Positions 1 through 11,300 of a DNA stretch of 64,000 bases are shown here, one piece after another. Source of the DNA: Podarcis pityusensis (lineage: Eukaryota); the NCBI GenBank assembly GCA_964106645.2, contig OZ067048.1; one strand, given 5' to 3'. Position 1 is the stretch's first letter. Every line of letters starts with the position of its first letter. Below the pieces are notes generated by a model. It was not told the origin of the DNA. It did no database searches and worked only from the letters and a program-made list of their open reading frames with translations. A program made the position numbers and the translations under genes.

Positions 1-1500
1 TTGTATTAAGGCTGCATTCCTGCACATATATATCATAATCATTCTCAGTTAATTTGGTGGGATCTGATTTCTGAATAAACAGACATATGATCAGCTTTTG
101 CTTACAACAGCTACTTGTTAAAACCATTACTGTTTTTTAACATCAAAGAATGAAATGCATATTTCAAAATCTTAAAAATCAGACACTGACCCAGAAAAGG
201 ACAGTATTATAAAATGCACTAAATTATATGGCATGGTAAAACAGACTCATTATTCTGATGTTACAGATTGGTTTTAGTGCTTTAGCTTTATTCATTCATT
301 GCTTCTCTTATACTACTGTCAAAATTTAAATGGATGTTTGTCCACAACACACTCGTTCTTCGCACTGACAGATGAAAAAGAGGGCAGGGTTCGTCCACCT
401 TTATCACTTGTTAGTGAGGGGGGGGGGGTTCCTAGGTACAGTTTGTCATGCAAACTACTATTCCTGCTGAAATTTCCTTGAGTACACAACTGTTAAAGGT
501 GCACGAGTCTGCCTTCTTTTGCATCTGTCTACGGTACTTTGTTTATTAGTTTGCAGTAAGTGCTGGTTATTGTTGGGAGGCATGAATAAAATGTTCCAAT
601 CTGCTGTTCCTTTTTTTTTTTTTTTTTTTTTTTTTTTTGGTAGATTGCTAAAGACATGCATCAGATGAAAATTGGGTACACGAAGGCAATCAAAGAGCTG
701 GAGCATGTAGGAAAAGAAAACCAGGTGATTTTTCTAAAGTTGCAAATAAACTCCAGGGGTCCAGTTCTTCCATTTACTTTGAGAACAAACAAGGCTCAGC
801 AAACCACGTTCTACTTTTGTTGCACTAACACATGATGCATCAAAGTGGGTAGTGTGGGGGAGGTAGAGATAATTTATTTGTTCAGGTAGAAGTCCTACAC
901 ACAATTACCTCAATAGGACTTACTTCTGAGTAGACATGTTTATGATTGCAAGGGTAGCTTCTATCCTGCTTTACAGAGGACAGTCCTCTGTTGGACGGGC
1001 TGTCAGATCCAAGTCCAGATGAAAGATCAAGAACCATAAGAAGGGCAAGGAGGAGTCTTGAAGTTGCCCATCAACACTTACTGCCTGGACAGACATACAG
1101 ACCCCCACTTTGGTGAGATGTTTTATATTGCTCTGTAAATTATAGTAATATAATGCACATCTTTACATATAAACTAGAATTTGTAATTTTTATGCAAATC
1201 TAGGTTTGAGTTTTCTTTCCCTTTCCTTCTCTCATTTTTAATTTTAATTTTATTTTTTATGATGCAAGATGGCCACCCTAAGATTAAGGAGATTTAAAAC
1301 TACATTATATGCAGAGATGGACATCCCTTAGCCTGTTGAAAAATGGGTTTTAGCTTGTTGAATTTGGCATAGGTGTAGCTAACTTTCTACAATGGTCTTG
1401 CTTCCTTTTTAAAATGTGTGCAAAGTCAGATTTATTACGAAAGTGTGAAGATGCACACTAGATTTACAGGTGTATTTGTCTATTCTTCATAAATATTCTA

Positions 1501-4017
1501 TTTTTATTTTATTTTTTTTGCAAAAAATTTATTAGTTTTTACAATATCAATGACACACAAAAACATAAAACAAACAAAACATAACAAACATAAATCATAA
1601 CCTTATTGAAAATAACAGTTATTTACTTTATAAAATGACTTCCTCGTTTCCCCTTAGTTGTATTTCATTGCATATCCTTATAACGGTTTTCCAAATCCCA
1701 ATTTTAATACCCTTTAAATTAAACATTAGCATCTTTAAATCTTCTCCTTCTTGTATTAAACATATTGTTTTATCAGTTAACATAGATACAATCCTAAGCC
1801 CTTTAAATATCTGGACGCTATTTCCAGTTATTTTAGCTTAACAAATTTAACTCAATAATCATTAAATTTCTTCCATTCTTCGTGATGTTCCTCCTCCTTC
1901 TGGTCGCGGACTCTTCCGGTTAGATCGGCTAGCTCCATACAATCCATCATCTTCATCTGTCATTCTTCTACTGTTGGTAATTCTTGAGTTTTCCACTTTT
2001 TAGCTAACAAAATACGAGCCGCAGTTGTGGCATACAAAAATAGATTAACATCTTTCTTGGGCAATTCCGAACCTGTTATTCCAAGAAGAAAGGCCTCTGG
2101 TTTCTTTATAAATGTGTATTTCAACATTTTTTCCCCCATTATAAATCTTTTCCCAGAAGTCTTTCACCTTGGAGCAGGTCCACCACATATGAAAGAATGT
2201 TCCTTCCTTTTCTTTACATTTCCAACATGTATTATCACAATTATGATACATCTTTGCTAATTTTACAGGTGTCAAATACCATCTATACATCATTTTCATA
2301 ATATTTTCCTTTAACAAAGTACATGCAGTGAACTTCACCCCTTTCTTCCACAATCTTTCCCAGTCCTCAAACATTATGTTATGTCCTAAATCTCTTGCCC
2401 AATCTATCATCACCGATTTAACTTGTCCATCTTTCATATGCCAGTCCAGCAAAAGTCATAATATCTCAACCATTTGGTATCCATATTTAATTTTTTCTGG
2501 GCCTTTGCCTCCATTGGTGAAAGCCATCTGGGCGTCTTTCTTTCTAAAAGGTCTTTGTATTTTATCCAAACATTATACAACAATTTCCTAATTATATGAT
2601 TTTTAAATGCTTTATGGGCTTTTACTTTATCATACCACAAATATGCATGCCAACCAAACACATTATCAAATCCCTCCAAATCTAGTAAATCTGTATCTTC
2701 TAATTTCATCCATTCTTTAATCCAACAAAGTGCGGCAGCTTCAAAATAGATTTTTAAGTCTGGCACAGAGAATCCCCCTCTTTCTTTGGAATCTGTAAGT
2801 AATTTGTATTTAATTCTGGGTTTCCTCCCCTGCCAGATAAATCTAGAAAGAGCTTTTTGCCATTCTTTAAAACATTTCACATTGTCTATAATTGGGAGGG
2901 CTTGAAACAAAAAAAGCATCTTTGGCAGCACATTCATCTTAATCACAGAAATCCGGCCCATTAATGACAATTTTAAGTTAGACCACACCTCTAAATCTCT
3001 TTTAATTTCATTCCATATTTTCTCATAGTTATCCTTATACAAATTCAATTTTCCCCCAGACAGGTTCACCCCCAGATATTTAACTTTTTTCACAAAATCT
3101 AGGCCCGTTTTTTCTTGTAACATTTTCCTTTCTTCATTATCCAGATTTTTCTCTATTACTTTGGTCTTGCTCTTGTCTAATTTAAATCCTGCTACCTGAC
3201 CAAACTCATGTATTAGCTCCAGTGCTTTAACTGCACTGGAGTCTGGATCTTGTAATGTCAGAACTAAATCATCAGCAAAGGCTTTTAATTTGTATTGTTT
3301 TGAACCTACTGTAATACCTTTAACTTGTTCATCTTTTCTAATCATACTTAGCAAGACCTCCAGAACTGAGATAAACAGCAGAGGGGACAGTGGACACCCT
3401 TGCCTGGTTCCCTTCTCAGTTCTAATTTCCTCTGAAACCACATTATTTACAATAATTTTAGCTTTTTGTTCTCGATAGATTGCTTTAATACCATTTATAA
3501 AATCATGACCTATCCCCATACTCTCTAAGTTATGTAACATAAAACTCCAAGAAACATTGTCGAAGGCTTTCTCAGCATCGATAAACATTAGCATTGCTTT
3601 ACAACTCTTTCTTGCTTCTAACTTTTCCAAAATATCCACAACATTTCTAATATTGTCTTTCATATGTCTTCCAGGCAGAAATCCTGCCTGGTCTTTATGA
3701 ATATACTCAGATAAAACCTTTTTTAGCCTATTAGCCAGTATATTTGCAAAAATTTTATAATCCACATTAAGTAGAGAGATTGGTCTGTAGTTTTTAACGT
3801 TGGATCTATCCTGACCCTGTTTAGGAATCAGAGTAATGTAAGCTTGTTTCCAGGTTTCAGGTGCTCCCCCCCCCCCGTAAAATTGAATTAGATATTTCTA
3901 CGAGAGGTTGTATAAGCCAATCTTTCAATGTCTTATAATATTTCGCTGATAGACCATCAGGTCCTGGTGTCTTGCCAAGTTGCATTGAATTTATTGCATG
4001 TTAACATGCAACATGCA
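1501..4017 (-). mobile_element. 5'-truncated L1-clade LINE (ORF2 RT plus C-terminal CCHC region, frameshifted)
   Basis: ORF 2434..3765 has RT motifs (DQAGF, DAEKAFD, GTRQGCPLSP, FADD, KYLG); ORF 2045..2452 has CWKC..H..W.C. A-rich tail near 1501-1520; 12-bp TSD ATAAATATTCTA at 1489-1500 and 4018-4029. Confidence 0.92.
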
Positions 4018-4507
4018 ATAAATATTCTAGGAAGTAAACAATCATGCAGAATAGGAAAGAAAGGAATAATCACAACTTATACTGCCCTATTCTCTGTCTA
4101 TTCATGACACCACACCTCTTTCATCACCTGTGCTCGCTTCATACCTGATGATGCACACACAGTTGATCCACACCTGAGTAGATTTCCCAAAAACAGAAGG
4201 AATTTATGCACAATGAAATGTCATGCTTCGAAAGCGGAGTCATTGTTCAGCCCACAAAGAACAACAGACAGCCTGGTTTCTGGGTGTATTTGCTATTTAT
4301 GTTTCATGCAGTTGGGAAGGTAAAAGAATCCGTTCAGTTGAACTTGGGCAGCTCCATACATTTAAAGCACATCCAGCACATGCTGAAGCACATGGTTTCC
4401 CTCAAAACCTCCTGGGAACCTTAGTTTGTTGGAGGTGCTGAAAGTTCTGGTTCTGTAATGGAGAAACTACAGTTCTTAGGATTCTTTGAGGGAACTCAAG
4501 TGGTTTA

Positions 4508-5022
4508 CCGTATTTTTCGCACCATAGGGCGCACTGGACCATAGGGCGCACCCAGTTTTTAGGGGGGGGGGGAAATCAAGAAAAAAAATATTCCCCCCCC
4601 CCAGCCCCAAAGAGCAGCGTACAGGCTGCACACAACCTCTCCCTGCCAGAGGGGTTGCTCGCAGCTATGGAAGAAGGCAAGGCAGCGAGCAGGATCCATC
4701 CCGCTCGCTGTTTTGGCTTCCCCTTTAGCCCCATGCAGCCTCTCCTTGCCGGAGGGGTTGCGCACAGCTATGGAAGAAGGCAAGGCAGCGAACGGGATGG
4801 ATCCCGCTCGCTGTTTTGGCTTCCCCTTTAGCCCTGTGCAGCCTCTCCTTGCCGGAAGACGCTGCGCAGGACTAAAGAAGCCATAGCCCCGTGCAGCCTC
4901 TCCCTGCCGGAGGGGTTGCGCGCGGCTATGGCACAAGCATGCATTCGCTCCATAGGACACACACACATTTCCCCTCAATTTTTGGAGGGGAAAAACTGCG
5001 TCCAATAGAGCGAAAAATACGG
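4508..5022. mobile_element. Tc1/mariner (pogo/Tc2-type) non-autonomous element with internal ~100-bp tandem repeats
   Basis: TIR CCGTATTTTTCGC...GCGAAAAATACGG with TA on both sides; repeated cctctcc(c/t)tgccggaggggttg...cccatgcag units. Confidence 0.8.
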
Positions 5023-5069
5023 TAAATATATGTTGGATGAGCAGATGGAATTCTTTGCTTTGACCTATA

Positions 5070-5635
5070 ATCATAGAATTATAGAATCTTAGAGCTGGAA
5101 GGGATCCATGGGTCATCTAGTCCAACCCCCTGCAATGCAGGAATCTCAGTTAAAGCATCCATGACAGATGGCCATCCAACCTCTGCTTCAAAACCTCCAA
5201 GGAAGGAGAGTCCACCACCTCCCATGGGAGTCTGTTCCACTGCCAAACTGCTCTTACTGTCAGAAAGTTTTCCTGGTGTTTAGTCAGAATCTTTTTTCCT
5301 GTCACTTGAAGCCATTGGTTCGAGTCCTACCCTCCATAGCAGGAGAAAACAAGCTTGCTCCCTCCTCCATGTGACAGCCCTTAAGATATTTGAAGATGGC
5401 CATCATATCTCCTCTCAGTCTCCTCTTTTCCAGGCTAAACATACCCAGCTCCTTCAACCATTTCTTATTAGGCTTGATTTCCAGACCCTTGATCATCTTG
5501 GTTGTCCTCCTCTGCACATGTTCCAACTTGTCAATATCCTTCTTAAATTGTGGTGCCCAGAATTGGACGCAGTATTCCAGGTGTGGTCTGACGAAGGCAG
5601 AATATGACTTCCCTTGATCTGGACACTATACTTGA
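5070..5635 (-). mobile_element. CR1 LINE 3' fragment
   Basis: ORF 5302..5526 (VQRR..KMIKGLE...[15 protein letters not shown]) and CR1 (ATTCTATG)n-type tail. Confidence 0.9.
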
Positions 5636-5801
5636 TTAGGCTGGTGGGTCAGTGCCCCATTCCCCCTAGTGGACCAGTCCCCACTATATTAATCTGCATT
5701 TATTCTATATAAAATGCTATATTTGCTATCTTCCAACACCTGGCTGAATGCTAAGTGCAATTTACACAGCAGTGTTTAAAACAGTTTTTGTATTAGATGG
5801 T

Positions 5802-5818
5802 AGCTCCCTCTGGTGGTG
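5802..5818 (-). promoter_or_regulatory. CTCF-binding motif (CACCACCAGAGGGAGCT on minus strand)
   Basis: Matches the CTCF core CCACCAGAGGG(C/A)GC. Confidence 0.5.
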
Positions 5819-6234
5819 TTTTAGGTGTGTAAATCAGAGCAGTTGCAAGGATTAAATTTGCAACAGGCAGCTGCCTTCTGTTAAGTGCAAAGCAAATTTA
5901 GATGTTCTGTCACTTAGCTGTGTGGTATCAGTGGAGTACAGAGGTCTTGGGCCAAGCAAATAACCAGAAAGAGGGAGGGAGAGTCTTTTGAGGAGCAACG
6001 TAAGTTGGAGAACCACGGGGATGTCAGACAATTTCTATGAAAACAGGCATGGGAGCAGAAATTGCCAGGGTTTGCTTATTTGTCTCATGTCTAGAACAGA
6101 AATTAATCCAGCATTTGCTGCTGCTTTTTTCTTCCCACAAATTTTATGTTAACAGTGACACCCACTCACTCCTATTTCCACTGTCTTTCCTTTGGATTGA
6201 AACAAATGGCATGTGCATTTAAATGAATGGTGTT

Positions 6235-6301
6235 GATAATAATAATAATGATGATGATGATGATGATGATGAATGGTGTTGATATAATAATAATAATAAT
6301 A
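6235..6301. repeat. (AAT)n/(GAT)n compound microsatellite
   Basis: Seen directly in the sequence. Confidence 0.9.
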
Positions 6302-6799
6302 GTGTAATTAGCTGTATAAATTCTGGCACATCACTAATAACTTTGTTTTTGTCAGAAGACAAACTGCAGCAGAATGGAAATAGTGTTGCATGCGTGGGTT
6401 AGAATGGAAACCAGTGCCTTCTTACAGCCCTATTGAACCCCAAGCCATGCTTCAGTTCTCTCCTCACTGACCACAGACTGTAGCCAAGGTCTGCTCTTCA
6501 TCATAGCTCATGGTTGATGAGGAGAGACCTTCAACATGCTAAACTAAACCTGTTGGAGTAACTAAAATTAGGGAAGGGATTCATTTCTTTCATAAGCATT
6601 AAAAAGCCCATGGATGAGCTAATACAAGTTCCTGTTCAGCCACGCCAGTTGCTACAGCAATGGCCCAGTGCCAATTATATATGTGATTAAGGCATGCCAG
6701 CTCATTAGTCAGTCTTGTTGGTCTGTCTGAGGTCAGTGAGTGAATGAGTCTGTCTGTGAATCAGAGTCTGTGTTACGCATTGAATTGCTGGAGCAACAG

Positions 6800-6927
6800 N
6801 NNNNNNNNNNNNNNNNNNNNNNNNNNNNNNNNNNNNNNNNNNNNNNNNNNNNNNNNNNNNNNNNNNNNNNNNNNNNNNNNNNNNNNNNNNNNNNNNNNNN
6901 NNNNNNNNNNNNNNNNNNNNNNNNNNN
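6800..6927. other. Assembly gap (128 N)
   Basis: Run of N. Confidence 1.
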
Positions 6928-7164
6928 GCTGTATATATGTTTCTACACCCAGAACTGTTTTACTGAGCCTTACCTTCTGCAGCGCTAAAGTATTTTGGAC
7001 CTTACTCTGCTTCTTTGTGTTGACTGGAACTAGGACAACTTCCACCATGTGGGTATCTCTCACCTCAAATTCCCAACGAAACCGCAGCTTAGCTCAGCTT
7101 GAGATGGGAGGGGCAAAGTGGGAGCCCACACATTTGTGTGATCACACCAAGCCATAGTTTGACT

Positions 7165-7390
7165 TACTGCTGTGGCAGGAAAGTAAACAGAGTTTCCATG
7201 TACTCTGGCACTTGTCATGGTCCTCCATGCACCAGGAGCGATTTAGTCATGTTGACCACATGACCCGGAAAGCTGGCTGCAGACAAATGCCAGCTCCCTT
7301 GGCCTGAAAAGCAAGATGAGCACCACAACCCCATAGTCATCTTTGACTAGACTTAACCACCCAGAGGTCCTTTACGCTTTTTTACCTTTT
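7165..7390 (+). mobile_element. Sauria SINE 3' fragment
   Basis: Body tagtcatg..ccacatgacccggaaagct..gtcctttac with ACCTTT tail, homologous to the copy at 12.9 kb. Confidence 0.75.
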
Positions 7391-8343
7391 ACATGCACTT
7401 GTTCATAGTTGCCATTTGAAATTGATGCCATAGAAATCTTATCAGTTCTTGAGCCAAACACAATTCTTCCTTCACACAATTGCTCTGTGTTGACTCCTTG
7501 TCCTGACATATAACTGTTTCATCATTGGTCCTCTATATCACACCCTCATTCTAAGATGTAGGCTAGCTTTATTCCTGTCATTTTTTCATTGATGGTTCAA
7601 CTCTTTGTTGTAATTATTCTTGAAATGATTGATTATGAAAATGTTGTAAAATAGTGATCATGGTTTTGCCCTCTTGTCCAATTCACTGGCTTATTTAAAG
7701 GTAATGCTGTTATGAGAACAACCCACAGAGTAGCTTGTGCATCTCTCCTTCCCTGCTCCTCCATGATGACCATTAGAGTGACTAAACCTGGCAAACTATG
7801 GTTAATCTTATCTATGGTTGGTGGAAACAAGCCAACTTCAGACTAGGGTTTAATGAAGTTTGCTTGTTCGAATCAGCCATAGTTAAGACCAGCAATAGTT
7901 TAGGATTCAGGTGCCACTCTCAATTTTAGTTAGTCTAAAATAGAAACAGAGCCTTCTGATCTCTTCCTCATGGCCACTAGAAGAGTGGATTGAGCAGCAC
8001 GCAAGCCCAGAGCTCTCTGAGGCTCATTGTTGTAATGCTCAACCATGGCTTGGCTGCTAAACTTTAGCATTATATCCAAACAATTAGCAATTAGATAGCA
8101 TTTAGAGGCTATCAAGTGTCTTTATGCTGGGTACAGAAAAATCCAGAAATCAATGAACTCCTGTTAGCATTTGCTCAAAGCTGAAGTCAATGCCCCAGAG
8201 CTTTAACCAAGTAAAGAAAACTAACATAGAAAGGTGGAGAGGTATCAAGAACCATGATTCAAAGGTTTTGGCTTATACCTGCCACTCCTTTTTTAGTTGC
8301 CTTTAAAGCCAGCTTATTTTCTTAATCATAATATTTTGGATAG

Positions 8344-11300
8344 GAACAAGCTATGATGGCTCTGGAAAATCAGTATAGCAACAAAATGAAGAACTTGCGA
8401 GCTCAGCTGGAGGCCTATCAAGAGACAGTAGACAAGAAAAACCAGTACTGGCAAGACACAACAAAGGTAAAAAGGAAAATACTGTCACCTTGAATGGATG
8501 GGATACAACTTTCCCCCTAAAACTTTATGAGGCTATATGAACAATATTCAGGACTAGTAGATCAGCAATCTGCAATTTCACATTTGCCCTTTAAGTTTAT
8601 AAATAAAGGGCAAATGTGCTATTGCAGATTGCTGATCTACTAGTCTCTTTATTAAGGAAGTAAAAGGTAAGCTACTTTGCACAAAAATATTTTCATTTCT
8701 TATGGGCCGTGAAGATCCTGTGAGGTTTGCCACCATCACAACTTCACAGGCATGAACTTGTGACCCAATATTTGCAGATGTGCAAAAAATCATTTGAAAG
8801 AAACCATGGTGGTCGGGGGGGGGGGGGGGAGACAGCCCAATGAATCCAGAGTGTGCTCTGTGGTCATGGAATGTTGACTGGCTATTGCTGGGAGGGGGAG
8901 ACAGAAAACATTGGGAGAGGAGGAGAAACTGAATGGGGGGGTGGCTGGAGTCCTACGGAGAAGCTATTATTCGATCTGTAATGATGATGATGATGATGAT
9001 GATGATGATTCTGGATGGCTTCCAGCAGAATACAAAAACATAATAAAACATCAGATGCTAAAACCTTCCCAATACAGGGCTGCCTTCAGGTGTCTTCTAA
9101 AAATTGTGTAGATCTTTTTCTCCTTGACATCTGATGGGAGGGTGTTCCACAGGGAGGGTGCTATTGCCAAGAAGCCCCTCTGCCTGGGTCCCTGTAACTT
9201 CACTTTTCACTGTGAGGGAACCAGCAGAAGGTCCTTGGGCTTGGAGCTCAGGCTGAATGAGCGGAGACGCTCCTCCAGGTACACTGCAACCTTTTGTTAT
9301 AGGTTCCATTTCTACAGTACGATTACCGTAGCAATTAGAGCAAGCAAGCAGGTTTCTCTATTTGCCCGTCTGGTTAAGATAATAGTCTCATTTCTGTATA
9401 ATTATACACCCAGAAACTGAAGGAAGAAAATAGAATACTGAGACAAGAGAAAGAAGAGCTGGCAAATCAGATCACACTGCAGAAGGAAAAATGGGGTGAT
9501 GAAAAGGTAACTCAGAAGTAGTTTGGAGTAATTTGACTTTAAAAAATCCAACTGAAATTGTATAAAGTTTTCTCCTTTTTTGACTAGCAAATTTAAACAG
9601 ATGTCTGCACACATAGATTATGTAATTAGGACCTGTAAATTAAATTAATGGTCCTTAGATTAGTCCACTGGCATTGCATTTTCTGATTTCAACCAAAGTC
9701 ATGTTCTCTCTGCTTTGAGGATCAGGTGAATAAATTCATTGATCCCTGCCAAATCTAGTACTTTCCTGGTCACAGTGGAGCTGACCCATGGGAAGCATAC
9801 CTGCCTAAATGCACCTAGTTAATCTGAGATGCCTGCACAATATACCAGTTGCACTGAAGCAATAGATAACAGATGAATCATGGTAAAATGCAATCCTACA
9901 ACATCAGAGCAGGCTAACGAGGTCCACCATAAGCTCAGGTGAATAAAAAAAAATGTCTTGAGCTGGCAAGAGAAGCAGTTGATGCCAATAGCAAGTCTGG
10001 GCAAGTTGGCATTTTTTGATTAAATGCTTACCAAAAAATGCATATTTTGTGAAAAATATGTTCAAATATGTGAATTTCCATGGAGGTTTTTTTTTTTAAA
10101 AAAAAAAACAAGCAGACAGAGTTTAATTTGGAATTTGGTCAGAACAAAGTAATGAATAAATACCTGTGAGAGTGACACGTACTGTAAATAGGCAGGTCCC
10201 TGCCCCTCTAGGGCCAATGTTTGACCTTCAACCTAGCAGCCATCATCATTCTCTGGTTCTCTGCAGGAGAAGCACATAGCACTGCTCTTCTCCTCACTTA
10301 AAGTGTGTATTATTTGCAAAGCAGTATTATAAGTGATTTATGTTAAAGCCCATCCTGCCCTGTAGCTTCAGAGCAGGTTACATCAGAACTAGAACTTCCA
10401 GGATTTAAAACTAACCTTTAGTAATATGTTGTTCTATTTTTCCATGGTGTTTTCTTGTGTTGGTTTTCAGTGTTATTTTTGTTTTAATACATACCATTGT
10501 ACTATATTTTGTAAACTATTTAACTGTGAAATGAAGGAAAATATATAAATATTTTAATAATAAATTAAAAAACCACAATATATATGAGACATTTTTCTAT
10601 TGATCTGTAAAAGAATTGAAAATTGAACAGTTATTATCTTTTGCAGGCTTGGCTGCTCAGGAGCACTACTCAAAAGCTTGACTGCCTGCATAACCAGCAC
10701 ACCTTAAGTAAGTGTTTCCCTTCAAAAGAATGACTGCTTGAATGAATTATAGACAACGTGCCCTTTATTTCTTCCTTGCATTTCATTTGTAGCTCCAAAC
10801 TAATGTCTCTTGCTCAATGGGAAGTCTCTCAGTGGACTTTTAATCATGTCATAATTGAAAAATTGAGTTGACAAAAGGACTCCGACAATGTCCAAAGCAC
10901 AAGGTTTCATTTATCACATTTTAGAAGCCCTGGTTGATAACTGAGCATGCAAACTATGCTGCAGCCCCACCCCCAAAAATGCTGTCTTTCACATGCTTGT
11001 GTGCATCGCAAAGCCCAAACCAGACAATATACCACTTGCTCTTTGTGTGAATGGTGTTGGATCATAGTTCTATTTGCTATGATAGAAGCTATAGGCAAGT
11101 AAGTGTACAACTCTGGAGAATTATTCAAAATTATTATTACAATTCTTTTGTTAGAACTGTTTTTCCCCCCTTTAGAAGTTATCTTTGTTGTTGTTACATT
11201 CTCCTATTCACCCCCCTCCCAGCTATTGAAGAACTTCAGAGGAGTAGAGTAAACCTTGAAAAAGTGGAGAAAATTGTAGATTTTCAAATGGACTTACCCT

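Noticed and set aside
458-706. 82-aa ORF with poly-Lys
   Set aside because: The Lys run comes from a poly(T) tract; no splice or homology support.
4559-5116. 185-aa ORF as a transposase
   Set aside because: It lies across MITE internal repeats and has no DDD/E or HTH motifs.
6740-7157. ORFs spanning the N gap (also 55088-55394)
   Set aside because: Artefacts of N runs; LRIELLEQQ could belong to the coiled-coil gene but has no convincing acceptor.
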